A stretch of 64,000 bases of DNA from an uncultured Candidatus Saccharibacteria bacterium (GTDB lineage: Bacteria > Patescibacteriota > Saccharimonadia > Saccharimonadales > UBA10212): the NCBI GenBank assembly GCA_964514575.1, contig CAZETJ010000001.1, positions 56,014 through 120,013 of the forward strand, written 5' to 3'. Positions 31,112 through 41,122 of this stretch are shown here, piece after piece. The notes beneath the pieces are model-generated. The model was not told the origin of the DNA, searched no databases, and was given only the letters and a program-made list of their open reading frames with translations. A program made the translations under genes and the position numbers. Each line of letters starts with the position of its first letter. Position 1 is the first letter of the stretch.

Positions 31112-33190
31112 CTAAAGTTGACCGTTGGTATTAGAGGCCCAGGTCGGATGATTGCCGCTGTCATAAATAACTAAATTGCCGTCAGTTTGTATCACTAAAG
31201 TAGAGATTCCTTTGCCCGCTGTGTTGGATGCCCAATATGGTCTGTTCTGGGCATCATAAAGGACTAAATTGCCATCGCTTTGCATGGAAGCTCTTGTCAC
31301 CGGTCTACCATCCGTTCGGCTGGACCATAGTGGACGGTTTATTGAGTAAAGCACCAAATTACCATCACTCTGCATGATCAATTTGAAACGTCCATCTGTC
31401 GAAACTAAGAACTGGCCAGAATTCAAACTTTGATTTGTTCCCAGCGTAGTGCTTGTGCCTGAAGTATCAAAATTAACTGTCGTAAAGTAATTGAGCCCGA
31501 GATTATTCATCCACGTGATGCCATCAACCACCGGCGTAAAATATTCTCTGAAAGTGCCCGTCTGACTGGGCTTATACCAAAACTCAAAAGTAGCTGTACC
31601 ACCAGGCGCTACGGAAGCTTCATCCATCGTTGCTGCCCGGTTGCAGCTCACCCACGTTGGACTATCGGACATATCACAAAAACTGCTGGTACGGTCTTGA
31701 GGGTTAGAGACGCCTAGGCGCGTGGGATTTGCCCCGCTATTAAGCCAGGTTATGTTGCCTGTATTTTTGGCCTTAACTACGAGATAGACTTTATTGCCGA
31801 GTGTCAGAGCAGAGGAATCAGCCCAAACGCTCTTACTAGCGTCCGTAAAGGATGCTTGGCTGACAATGGACCATGTATAAATCGACTGGACTACAGTGTG
31901 AAAATAAAGACCTGGGTCATTCATCCAGCTCAGGCCATCAGTGACGAGGCTAAAATGCTCGTTAAAAGTGCCGCCCGCATTTGGCGCCTTATACCAAAAC
32001 TCAAAAGTAGCTGTACCACCAGGCGCTACGGAAGCTTCATCCATCGTTGCTGCCCGGTTGCAGCTCACCCACGTTGGACTATCGGACATATCACAAAAAC
32101 TGCTGGTACGGTCTTGAGGTGAAGTGGTGGCCAGGCGTACCGGGTTGGTGCTGTTAGACCAGGTAGTATCGCCTGTATTCCTGGCTGTGACAATAGCATA
32201 AACTTTCTGCCCAGGGGCTAGACTAGAAGAATCAGCCCAAGCCGTATGACTCGAGTCGGTATAAGTATTCTGGGATAAAACCGACCAACTATAAATATCG
32301 AACACGCTACCGAACCAAGACTGGAAAATATTATCGAAGCTCTGATTGCCAGAAAAATGAGGTGTGTAGCGATAGAGAGCTGCCGTTGCACCCGTATCTA
32401 TATGTATAGCTGTACTATCGATTGTCCAAGAGCCATCGTAAAAATTGGTGGGCCCACCCGAGCAAACGGCTCTGAAGCCTTGAGTCATCGGCCCGCTATA
32501 ACAAGTGCTGGGATCGTCCGAGTTATCCCAAACATTACCAGAATTAGGATAATTCGTAAGTTGTACGTCCCAGCTAGTGTTTCCCTCCGAGCGCTGCTCG
32601 CTGAATTTAAGGGACCAGCTCGCGACGATTACCTGTCTTGAAAAACCTACCATCGGCTGATGGCCTGACTGTGTCTGCACGCAAGTTCCACTTACGCTTG
32701 TTATGGGGCTACCGTTAATACTGTAAAGCTCGAAACCTGAGTAGTCGCTCAGCACGGTATTGTCTGGGCAGTTGTAGCCCATAGCTGCGGAATAACGCAG
32801 CGTACTACAACCTGAAGCGCCACTCACAAGAGATTCCTCTTTCTGAAGGGTGGACAATATGACCCGCGGATTAAGGCCATAGACGTGGGCGGTGTGTGCA
32901 ATAACCGTACCGGCGGACACATCGCCCCCAAATGAGAAAAGACCGCTTGAAGCAGAGTAGCCGGTAACGTCTGGCGCAGCAAAACCGTGAGCTGTACTGA
33001 TACAGCTGGTGCTACCAAAGTTGTTATTAAGCCATGTGTCAATATCCGAAGCGGACATAGAACTAGAGTTGTCAAAAATGCCATCATCCATGACATTGTT
33101 ATTGTTATAGGCTAGGGCGTTGCTCATCAACAGCACTAAGGCGCACATAAATACAAAAAGACCCAGGATAAGGCTGTATGCTTTTTTCAC
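31112..33190 (-). CDS. Secreted surface protein: N-terminal lysozyme-like module, two NBR1-type Ig-like domains, C-terminal bulb-type (mannose-binding) lectin
   Basis: Signal peptide; NPRVILSTLQKEES..ATAALYRYTPH; two N.G..W...V.PG....F.F repeats; three Q.DGNLV.Y lectin motifs. Confidence 0.8.
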   Translation of the reverse strand: MKKAYSLILGLFVFMCALVLLMSNALAYNNNNVMDDGIFDNSSSMSASDIDTWLNNNFGSTSCISTAHGFAAPDVTGYSASSGLFSFGGDVSAGTVIAHTAHVYGLNPRVILSTLQKEESLVSGASGCSTLRYSAAMGYNCPDNTVLSDYSGFELYSINGSPITSVSGTCVQTQSGHQPMVGFSRQVIVASWSLKFSEQRSEGNTSWDVQLTNYPNSGNVWDNSDDPSTCYSGPMTQGFRAVCSGGPTNFYDGSWTIDSTAIHIDTGATAALYRYTPHFSGNQSFDNIFQSWFGSVFDIYSWSVLSQNTYTDSSHTAWADSSSLAPGQKVYAIVTARNTGDTTWSNSTNPVRLATTSPQDRTSSFCDMSDSPTWVSCNRAATMDEASVAPGGTATFEFWYKAPNAGGTFNEHFSLVTDGLSWMNDPGLYFHTVVQSIYTWSIVSQASFTDASKSVWADSSALTLGNKVYLVVKAKNTGNITWLNSGANPTRLGVSNPQDRTSSFCDMSDSPTWVSCNRAATMDEASVAPGGTATFEFWYKPSQTGTFREYFTPVVDGITWMNNLGLNYFTTVNFDTSGTSTTLGTNQSLNSGQFLVSTDGRFKLIMQSDGNLVLYSINRPLWSSRTDGRPVTRASMQSDGNLVLYDAQNRPYWASNTAGKGISTLVIQTDGNLVIYDSGNHPTWASNTNGQL
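31571..32119. repeat. 132-bp perfect direct repeat (31571-31702 and 31988-32119)
   Basis: Base-by-base identical from CTTATACCAAAAC to GGTCTTGAGG; offset 417 bp, in frame. Confidence 0.92.
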
Positions 33191-33729
33191 GGTACCACCA
33201 GCGGCTGAGAATCAGACGCAGTTTTAGTTTGGCTACTTAAACTGGCAAAGGCTGAAATTGTCCAAGAACCACTGCCGAAACCAGCTGTGTTTACATCCCA
33301 GTACCAGTACGTAGCGCCATTACTATCTGCAGTTTGGGTGTCAAGTTTCTTCACCTCGCTGCCTTTAGCGAATTGAATATAGCAGGTTGCCCCGGGAGAC
33401 GTATTACAGACAGAAGTCTCGTTTGTCGGCGTGCCATTGCCGGGATGATGGTTGCTAACAAAACCGCCACTGGGTGCTATCAGTGAACCGCTTGTCGGGA
33501 TTGCGGACGTTAACGATTTAGCCTCGCCGCTGGGTGCTAAGTTAGCCGAAGGGCTATTTTGTCCGCCAGCGCTGGAAGCCACTGTTTTTGTCGGCGACGT
33601 GCTGGGGATCGTTACCTGAACTTTGTGGTAACGCTCAAAATATAATAATCCGGCGAACAGAATCAGTATCATTGACACGGCATAGTATGTCTTATGGTTG
33701 AGTTTGTCTAAAATTGAGCGTCTAGGCAT
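33187..33729 (-). CDS. Membrane-anchored Ser/Thr-rich protein with small beta domain
   Basis: TM near N-terminus, S/T/P linker; overlaps the lectin gene start by 4 bp. Confidence 0.7.
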   Translation of the reverse strand: MPRRSILDKLNHKTYYAVSMILILFAGLLYFERYHKVQVTIPSTSPTKTVASSAGGQNSPSANLAPSGEAKSLTSAIPTSGSLIAPSGGFVSNHHPGNGTPTNETSVCNTSPGATCYIQFAKGSEVKKLDTQTADSNGATYWYWDVNTAGFGSGSWTISAFASLSSQTKTASDSQPLVVP

Positions 33730-33834
33730 ATTTGTATTTTATCGCGCACCAATTCAGCGCTTATGCAAGTAACTTAACTATAACACCTTAAAATAGCATA
33801 ATCAACGGAGTTCGGCGGTCGAGCCATAAAAGCT

Positions 33835-34605
33835 CTAAATTTTCTGCCAAATAGTAATGGAATGCACTTCATTGGCTAAGGCGATGCGCCTATCTATTTG
33901 AAGTTCCTTAGCTAACTTGGTTGGGCCGGGCCAACCTCGGTTATATTCTTTCACTGGCGTGCCTGGTACACGGCGGGAATCATGTATAAGAATAAGTCCG
34001 CCCTTTTTGACATGAGGCAGCCAATCCTCAAAGTCGTTTTTAACTGCTTTATAGTTATGGTCGCCATCGATAAAGATAAAATCGACCTCTTTCTTCCATT
34101 TTTTTACAGCCTCGTAGCTTGGTTTGACTATTAACGACCATCTTTCGAGCTTGTCCGACCTACCGACAGCCCTGAGCAATCTGGCGACGCTTTGTCTACA
34201 GCGTGCCTCGTTAGCGCTCCACGGACCCATGGAATCCTCGACAAACGGATCGATTGAAGTTAAGTTGGCAGTTTTCGGAATACTGGCTAGTAGGATAGAG
34301 GTCGAACCGCCGAAAGCCGCCCCGATTTCGACTAAGTTCTTGGCTTTTCGCCCGTAGCTATACAAAGCTGGGATCTCCTTGTTATCTAAAAAGACGATTG
34401 AGCCGGTTATTAGAGCTAACTCATCGTAAGTAATAGAAAACGCTGGCGGATTTTTAAAAGTTTGCAACAGCTTTCTCTTGGCTTTTTGGCGTTGCCTAGA
34501 GGTTTTGTAATTGTCTATAGCTCGGTGAACTTCAAAGTTAGTCTTTCGAACGGCTTTCTTCGGAGTCACTTTTTTAATTCGAGCAAGCCTATTTCCTTGT
34601 TCCAT
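33835..34605 (-). CDS. Class I SAM methyltransferase (Methyltransf_24-like)
   Basis: VEIGAAFGGS, FIFIDGDHNY, GGLILIHD. Confidence 0.88.
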   Translation of the reverse strand: MEQGNRLARIKKVTPKKAVRKTNFEVHRAIDNYKTSRQRQKAKRKLLQTFKNPPAFSITYDELALITGSIVFLDNKEIPALYSYGRKAKNLVEIGAAFGGSTSILLASIPKTANLTSIDPFVEDSMGPWSANEARCRQSVARLLRAVGRSDKLERWSLIVKPSYEAVKKWKKEVDFIFIDGDHNYKAVKNDFEDWLPHVKKGGLILIHDSRRVPGTPVKEYNRGWPGPTKLAKELQIDRRIALANEVHSITIWQKI

Positions 34606-34736
34606 ATTGCTGTGTCAAATCCTCGTTTAACTTTACTATAAAATTCTAGGCCGGTGCATTAATCGGATGAAAGTAGTTTTTGCTATTATCTATAGCTATG
34701 GTGATTGTAATTTCTGGAACTGACTAGGAGCAATTC

Positions 34737-35222
34737 ATGAGTAAGGACTGGGGCGCGCCAATTGTCAGCTTTGAAGAATTTGCTGAACTTCGGCCAAAAT
34801 TAGGAAAAATTGTCGCAACTTCCGGCGGTTTTGATCCAATCCATCCTGGGCATATCAGTTGTATTATCGAAAGTAAGAAGTTTGGCGATACAGTAGTGGT
34901 TATTGTCAACGGCGATGCCTTTTTGACGGCCAAGAAAGGCCGCCCGTTTCAAAATCTTAAAACCCGTTGCCAGATAGTCAGTGGTATCAGAGGGGTAGAC
35001 TACGTTATACCTTTTGAGATAGCAGGCGACCAAACGGTCAACAGAGCCTTGGAGCTACTGAAGCCGGATAGTTTCACAAAAGGCGGCGACCGGGTGGACG
35101 AATCGAGCATCCCGGAGTGGGAGACATGCCAGAAGTACGACATAAAAATTATCAGCGGGGTTGGTGAGGATAAACTTTGGTCGAGCAGTCAATTTTTACA
35201 CGATTGGACCAACGGCCGGTGA
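34737..35222 (+). CDS. Cytidylyl/adenylyltransferase family protein (RfaE domain II/TagD-like)
   Basis: SGGFDPIHPGH HxGH motif, KGGDR, SSS. Confidence 0.85.
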   Translation: MSKDWGAPIVSFEEFAELRPKLGKIVATSGGFDPIHPGHISCIIESKKFGDTVVVIVNGDAFLTAKKGRPFQNLKTRCQIVSGIRGVDYVIPFEIAGDQTVNRALELLKPDSFTKGGDRVDESSIPEWETCQKYDIKIISGVGEDKLWSSSQFLHDWTNGR

Positions 35223-35989
35223 AGCGTAGGGTCATCGCTTTCGACCTGGATGGTACGCTGGCGCCGAGCAAATCGCTTCTGCCTGATCGGATGAGCATTG
35301 TCCTAAGCGATTTGTTGGGAAAATACGAAGTTCTGGTGATGAGTGGGGGTAGGTTCGAACAATTTGAGAAGCAACTGCTAGCTAATCTTAAAATTGAACC
35401 CGAAAAACTTGCCAAACTACACTTAATGCCGACCTGTGGTACACGATATTATCGCTTTCGAAATAACGGCTGGCAAAAACAGTATGCCGAAGATTTATCG
35501 GGGACGGAAAAAGCTAAAATAGTCCAAGAATTGAATAAAGCGGTTGCTCATTTTGGGCTTTCTACGAAGAAAACCTATGGTCCGACGATAGAGGACCGGG
35601 AAAGTCAGATCAGCTGGTCGGCTCTCGGCCAGGATATAGTCGAAGTACTGGGTGAGGAGGGCATTAAATTAAAAGAAGCCTGGGACCCGGATATGTCTAA
35701 AAAGCTAACACTAGTTAATTATCTGACTCCTTTACTTCCTGAATTCGAGGTGCGCGCCGGCGGCAGTACTACCGTTGATATTACAAAAAAAGGTATCGAT
35801 AAAGCCTACGGGATGAAAAAGATGCTGGACATGCTAAAACTCTCTAAAGACGATGTGCTATTCATCGGCGACAGACTGGAAGAGGGTGGTAACGACTACC
35901 CGGTTAAAGCCATGGGCATTGATTGTATGCAGATATCGGACTGGCAGGAGACGGCTTTAGTCATCGAGGCTGTCCTTCGGACCTCATAA
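35219..35989 (+). CDS. HAD-IIB hydrolase, phosphomannomutase (eukaryote-type PMM)-like
   Basis: FDLDGTL, GGSTTVD, DKAY, FIGDRLEEGGNDY. GTG start at 35219 overlaps the upstream TGA. Confidence 0.8.
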   Translation: MKRRVIAFDLDGTLAPSKSLLPDRMSIVLSDLLGKYEVLVMSGGRFEQFEKQLLANLKIEPEKLAKLHLMPTCGTRYYRFRNNGWQKQYAEDLSGTEKAKIVQELNKAVAHFGLSTKKTYGPTIEDRESQISWSALGQDIVEVLGEEGIKLKEAWDPDMSKKLTLVNYLTPLLPEFEVRAGGSTTVDITKKGIDKAYGMKKMLDMLKLSKDDVLFIGDRLEEGGNDYPVKAMGIDCMQISDWQETALVIEAVLRTS

Positions 35990-36279
35990 GCTAATAGCTG
36001 GATTGAACAAATAATTTATGTAGATTCTAAGGGGTAGATTTATTGGCTCCCGCGGATAGATGTTATCCCCTGAAAAAATGTTTGCGAGTAAGTTTCTATC
36101 TGAAGAATTACCTCTACGTGTGGACACCTTTGAACCAACAATTGACTCGATCTTATGAATAATCAACCCCTAGGAGTTGCTGAAGTTACCTAAAATGACT
36201 GGTCAGTAGCCAGCACGGGCTGACTCGACAACAGTGTGAAAGCCGATAAGTCCGGTGCTACCGATGACTAAAACCAACT

Positions 36280-37386
36280 TCATTTTGGTTCCAACTCCTC
36301 GATAAATTGCCTGAATGACGAACGAAAATTTTCTTTCGAGAACTGCTTAGCGAAATTTTGGATAGACCCATGATTAAAGTCAGCCGACTTGAAGTTTTTT
36401 ACGGCTTTTGCCAGGCTATCTACCGACTGCTCGGTGAAGAATAGGCCAGTTTGCGGTGTTATATAGTCTAGCGCACCACCAGCCTTATAGGCTATGACGG
36501 GCGTACCAGCAGCTAGGGCTTCGATCGCTACGATGCCAAAATCATCGACGCCAGGAAAAATAAAAGCTTGAGCCTGGGCAAACCGCTCGGGCAGCTCTTC
36601 GTCGCTGACATGTCGGAAGAAATTAACGGTGCGCCCGGCTAACTTTTTTAACCTTTTATGTTCAGGCCCTCGGCCAATAACGACTAGAGGTAGCTTCAGC
36701 GCATTAGCGGCTTTTACGGCCAGATCAGTGCGCTTATACGGTGTTTGTCGCCCAGCAGTCACAAAACCGAGCCGTTGGCGGGCTGGTTGGGCTTCGAATC
36801 GTTCGATATCGACTGGCGGGTGGATAACGATACTTTCACGGCCATAGTATTTCTCTACCTGGTTTTTGGTGTAGCTAGAATTTGAGATTATATAATCCGG
36901 TCTTTGGGCGGCTTGGCGATCCCAGCCTCGCAGCGGGCCCACCAAAAGTTTAAGCCCCAAACGAGCCAAGGGATCAAGCCGCCCAAAACCGGGCTGAGAC
37001 ATATATTGATCGTAGCGGCTCCAGTAGTAATGCGTTGGTGCGTGGCAATAATTGACGTGGATAGTATCATCGCCGGTTTTTATACCTTTCGCTTCAGCGC
37101 CCGAGCTGCTAATAACTAAATCGTAATCATCGAAGTTCAGGTGGGTGAACCACCAGATGCGCAGAATTGGTAAAAATTTGCGCAACGAGCCGAATGGCCA
37201 GTTTTGTAGCCAGCCGGTTACGACTTTGTTATCCAATTTTTGGCGCCAATAATCGGTGCAGTAAGAGGTAAATATGGGAGCGTCGGGGTAAAGCCTATGC
37301 AACTCCAGCACAACGCGCTCGGCTCCGCCGCCGACGAACCAATCATGAACAATCGCGACCTTTGGCATAGCGGTTTTCTCGGACAT
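36280..37386 (-). CDS. GT4 glycosyltransferase (WbaZ-like)
   Basis: VAIVHDW..GGAERV, DDFGIVAIEALAAG. Confidence 0.9.
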   Translation of the reverse strand: MSEKTAMPKVAIVHDWFVGGGAERVVLELHRLYPDAPIFTSYCTDYWRQKLDNKVVTGWLQNWPFGSLRKFLPILRIWWFTHLNFDDYDLVISSSGAEAKGIKTGDDTIHVNYCHAPTHYYWSRYDQYMSQPGFGRLDPLARLGLKLLVGPLRGWDRQAAQRPDYIISNSSYTKNQVEKYYGRESIVIHPPVDIERFEAQPARQRLGFVTAGRQTPYKRTDLAVKAANALKLPLVVIGRGPEHKRLKKLAGRTVNFFRHVSDEELPERFAQAQAFIFPGVDDFGIVAIEALAAGTPVIAYKAGGALDYITPQTGLFFTEQSVDSLAKAVKNFKSADFNHGSIQNFAKQFSKENFRSSFRQFIEELEPK

Positions 37387-37393
37387 AGACTGG

Positions 37394-38839
37394 TTAAACC
37401 GCTCCGCTACGCTTTAAAACAGCACGGACAGTTTTAATCAAAATAACTAAATCTAGCCAGATACTCCAATTCTGGACATAGTAAAGATCAAGTTTACGGC
37501 GCTCCTCAAAATCTATATCGCGCCGGCCAGAAACTTGGGCCAGGCCAGTAAGACCCGATTTGACACTTAAAATAGCGTGCCTTTTTGCGTAGATACCCAG
37601 TTCGGCGGGAATCAGTGCCCGTGGTCCGACCAAACTAATATCGCCGCGTACGACATTGAGAAGCTGAGGCAGTTCATCCAGGCTAGTACGTCTTAAAAAT
37701 CGGCCTAGCCGGCTGATACGCGGGTCATTTGGCAAGCGGTCGCCGCCTTGGCGGTATTGCTTAATCAGCTCAGGCCGGCCCATTTTAGTGAAGCCTTCTT
37801 CCGGGCTCATATCGGTATAGGCTCGCTTCATACTGCGGAATTTATAAATCCTAACTCTAGTATTAAAGCGGCTCAGTCGAATTTCTCGGTAAAAAACTGG
37901 CCCGCCGGGATCAGACAGTTTTTCGGCGACGGCGACCAACAGCATGAAAGGCAAGCCGACCAACAGCATTACGCCGCCGACTACAATGTCCATCATTCGC
38001 TTAACTATTCGACCCCAGCCGATCAAAGCGGTTTGGTGGACGGCGATGACCGGAACCGAACCCCGGAAAAGCTCGACGGCAATGTTGCCAACGAACAACT
38101 CGCTGTTACCAGGTACGAAACGATAAGCTACGTGCTTAGTCTGGGCGTACTCTAGAACTTCATTATTAAACTCGTTATCGGCGTAAAGCTCTGTTTGGAC
38201 GATGCCGTGGATATCACCAGAATTTAAGGCCTTGATGGCCTTATCAAAAGTTTTAAAAAATGGAATGTGAGGATAGCGTTTAGCGACCTCGCCATGTCCG
38301 CCAACCACGCCAACTATCCGATAGCCAGAGATGTGACGGTCGGCCAAAACATCCACCAACTGGCGGCCAACATGAGTGTTACCAACTAGCAATAAGTTGG
38401 TTATGCCAATGTCGTATCGGAACAAAACACTACGCACGTAGCGGGCAGTGTTGCGAAAAACTAGGAGTAAAACAAACCCTAGCAGAAAGCCATAAACGGG
38501 CACTAACTTAGAAGGAAAAACCACGCGATCCGAGACGTAAGCGTAGCTGGCCACGAACAGTAGACCCACGAAAGAGCCGATCAGCAGCCGTCCAGCTTCG
38601 ACAAAGCGCTTTTCGTGGATTGAACTGGTGTAAAGGCCCAGCAACCCAAAAATTAGCAACCAAAAAGGAGTCAAAATTAAAAAAATTCCCAAATAGGTAC
38701 TGGCCGCGATTGGATGAGCCACTGGCACGTTGCTAAGCGGACCGCGCAGGGCATAGGCACCGGCAAAAGCCGCCACCAACGCCAAAAAATCGCCCACCAT
38801 CAAAAGCAAGCCATAGATGAGCGAAGCGTTACTTTTCAT
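37394..38839 (-). CDS. Undecaprenyl-phosphate sugar-1-phosphate transferase (WbaP/WcaJ family)
   Basis: N-terminal TMs; KFRSM, DPRI, SLDELPQL, SLVGPR, DLYYVQNWS. Confidence 0.93.
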   Translation of the reverse strand: MKSNASLIYGLLLMVGDFLALVAAFAGAYALRGPLSNVPVAHPIAASTYLGIFLILTPFWLLIFGLLGLYTSSIHEKRFVEAGRLLIGSFVGLLFVASYAYVSDRVVFPSKLVPVYGFLLGFVLLLVFRNTARYVRSVLFRYDIGITNLLLVGNTHVGRQLVDVLADRHISGYRIVGVVGGHGEVAKRYPHIPFFKTFDKAIKALNSGDIHGIVQTELYADNEFNNEVLEYAQTKHVAYRFVPGNSELFVGNIAVELFRGSVPVIAVHQTALIGWGRIVKRMMDIVVGGVMLLVGLPFMLLVAVAEKLSDPGGPVFYREIRLSRFNTRVRIYKFRSMKRAYTDMSPEEGFTKMGRPELIKQYRQGGDRLPNDPRISRLGRFLRRTSLDELPQLLNVVRGDISLVGPRALIPAELGIYAKRHAILSVKSGLTGLAQVSGRRDIDFEERRKLDLYYVQNWSIWLDLVILIKTVRAVLKRSGAV

Positions 38840-38859
38840 CTATACTAAGTGTAGCATTT

Positions 38860-40188
38860 ATGGACGCAGACAAAGGTGGTAGCCGGCTTGCAAGACAACT
38901 GTCGATCGTTGTCGCTTTAATTTTGATCTTACTGCCATTTGATGAACTTTTGACTGTCTGGACGGCCAGCAGATTTAATCATTTGGACCTTTTCCACATC
39001 TGGAAAGAAATTCTCATCACCATAATGGTTGCACCAACAGTTTGGCTGGCTTTACGGCACGGCCTGCTCAAAAAGACTTTTTTTAAGTCCTGGCTATTTT
39101 TATTAATTGCTGCTTATGGACTGTTGCATTTGATTTTAGGAATGTGGGCCTTTCACGACAGACAGGTCAACGAGACGGCTTTGATATACGGGCTAATAAT
39201 CAATCTGCGGTTTCTTGGGTTCTTCCTGGTTTGCTTAATGCTTTCAGCGCTGCATCCCTACCTACGACGACACTGGAAGTTTATATTGCTGGCTCCGGCC
39301 AGTGTAGCGGTCTTCTTCGGGCTGATTCAAAAACTTATTTTACCGACCGATTTTTTGAAGCACTTTGGCTACGGTCCAAAAACTATTCCGGCTTATCAAA
39401 CCGTTGACTCCAATCTAGACTATCGCCGCATTCAGTCCAGCTTACGCGGCGCCAATCCTTTCGGAGCTTATCTAACTTTTATTATCCCCGGTTTTATATT
39501 AAGTTTGGCTAAACGCCGTGGCTTGCAACTACTGGCCGTAGCCGGAGCTTTAGTTGTTTTGTTCTACACATATTCGCGCAGCGCCTGGGTAGGATTGGCT
39601 ATTAGCTTAGTGATCCTGGGCTGGTTGTCGCTTAAGAATTTAAGCGGTCGTTGGGCTATAGTCGCGGTGATTGTCTTGGCAGGCGGTTCAATTGGAATCT
39701 ATAGTCTTCGCTCAAATCAGGTAATCCAAGATGCATTGTTGCATACCAGTGTTAGCTCAACTTCACCGCAAAGCTCCAATGCTCTAAGAAGCATAGCTAT
39801 TAAAAATGGTATCCGCGACGTCGTGCATCAGCCCTTGGGCCGCGGACCGGGCACGGCTGGTCCGGCCAGCTTTCGTAGCAACCATCCGGCTCGCATAGCT
39901 GAGGATTATTATCTGCAGATCGGGCAGGAAGTCGGTATACTTGGGCTGGCCATCTTCTTAGCAATAAACATGCAGGTCGCCCTAAGTCTGTGGTCGCAGA
40001 GGCAGGATATATTGGCCCGGATCTTGCTGGCCGCCTTGGCGGGCATTTGTTTTATTAATTTAGTCTCACATGCTTGGACGGACGATACTCTCAGCCTGCT
40101 GTGGTGGGGGTTGGCTGGTGTCTCGCTTGGTCCTGTTATACTGCAGGGTAGGCAAGGTCGAAATGGAAGAATTCAAAAAAGCGCATAA
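38860..40188 (+). CDS. O-antigen ligase-like membrane protein
   Basis: Multi-TM; RIQSSLRGANPFG, TYSRSAWVG, PLGRGPG, EVGILG. Confidence 0.8.
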   Translation: MDADKGGSRLARQLSIVVALILILLPFDELLTVWTASRFNHLDLFHIWKEILITIMVAPTVWLALRHGLLKKTFFKSWLFLLIAAYGLLHLILGMWAFHDRQVNETALIYGLIINLRFLGFFLVCLMLSALHPYLRRHWKFILLAPASVAVFFGLIQKLILPTDFLKHFGYGPKTIPAYQTVDSNLDYRRIQSSLRGANPFGAYLTFIIPGFILSLAKRRGLQLLAVAGALVVLFYTYSRSAWVGLAISLVILGWLSLKNLSGRWAIVAVIVLAGGSIGIYSLRSNQVIQDALLHTSVSSTSPQSSNALRSIAIKNGIRDVVHQPLGRGPGTAGPASFRSNHPARIAEDYYLQIGQEVGILGLAIFLAINMQVALSLWSQRQDILARILLAALAGICFINLVSHAWTDDTLSLLWWGLAGVSLGPVILQGRQGRNGRIQKSA

Positions 40189-40651
40189 ACGTCTTTGGCA
40201 GTTTGCTGAATATTTATTCACTGGCGGAATTTATTTCTGGGTCGGCTATATTCTGCTGGACGCATTTTATTACGGCCTGCACTGGAACCTATGGTGGTCG
40301 ACAATTGTTAGCAGCGTCATAGGCTGGGCGGTTAACTATCTCATGCAGCGTTACTGGGTTTTTGCCGGTAGCCAGTTAAAAGAGCACCAAACGCAAGTCA
40401 CTGGTCGATACGCTATCATCACTATCGCTGACTTTTTGCTTAACTACCTGATTTTGTTTGGACTGCGGAAAATCGGAATCACGCCAGCCATCGGCCAATT
40501 CTTTGGCGCGGCTTTTTTCACCGGCTGGAATTACGTTTGGTATCGCTACTGGGTATTTCCAGAGAAAGCTGACGTATTAAAACTTAAGCTAGCAGTCCAT
40601 CATTTATTAGCGCACCGGGCTCATGGACATGGTGCGTTCCGGGTAGGCTAG
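40163..40651 (+). CDS. GtrA-family membrane protein
   Basis: NYLMQRYWVF and WNYVWYRYWVF repeats; ATG at 40163 preferred. Confidence 0.82.
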   Translation: MEEFKKAHKRLWQFAEYLFTGGIYFWVGYILLDAFYYGLHWNLWWSTIVSSVIGWAVNYLMQRYWVFAGSQLKEHQTQVTGRYAIITIADFLLNYLILFGLRKIGITPAIGQFFGAAFFTGWNYVWYRYWVFPEKADVLKLKLAVHHLLAHRAHGHGAFRVG

Positions 40652-40654
40652 GTT

Positions 40655-41122
40655 ATGGCCGAGACAGTCCGCCCAACCAAAAAACAACGCGAACTGCTGA
40701 CGTTTATTGAGGAGTTTATTGCCGAGCACGGTTACAGTCCGAGCTACCGGGAGATTATGAAAGGCATGGACTATAACTCGGTAGCCACCGTCAGCCTGCA
40801 TATCAACAACCTGATCAAGCGCGGCCACCTGGCCAAACGCGATCACTCGGCTCGCTCGCTGGAGCCAGTAAAAGGCGTTAGTGATGAACCGGTGCGCGTT
40901 AAGCAGCTCAAGGCCAGTGAAGAAAAATGGCTGGTCGGCAAAGTCGAACTTTATTTTAAAGAAGCCGAAGAGGCAGTAGTTCTAGACGAGAAAGAACTTG
41001 ACCGACTCTATGTGTTGGTTGGCGCGCTAAAAGTACTTGGTTTAGACGGTGCCGCCCAAGCTTACATTCCACGCCTGACGGCGCTCAAAACGAAGGCCGC
41101 TGATCGTAGTTACACGGTCTAA
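40655..41122 (+). CDS. LexA-type DNA-binding domain protein lacking the S24 peptidase domain
   Basis: [10 protein letters not shown]...[10 protein letters not shown]...S.ATV..H...L...G...ARS; the C-terminus is unrelated and helical. Confidence 0.8.
   Translation: MAETVRPTKKQRELLTFIEEFIAEHGYSPSYREIMKGMDYNSVATVSLHINNLIKRGHLAKRDHSARSLEPVKGVSDEPVRVKQLKASEEKWLVGKVELYFKEAEEAVVLDEKELDRLYVLVGALKVLGLDGAAQAYIPRLTALKTKAADRSYTV

Noticed and set aside
31571-32119. 132-bp repeat as a DGR template/variable pair
   Set aside because: The copies are identical (no adenine-specific mismatches), both are in frame in one gene, and no reverse transcriptase is nearby.
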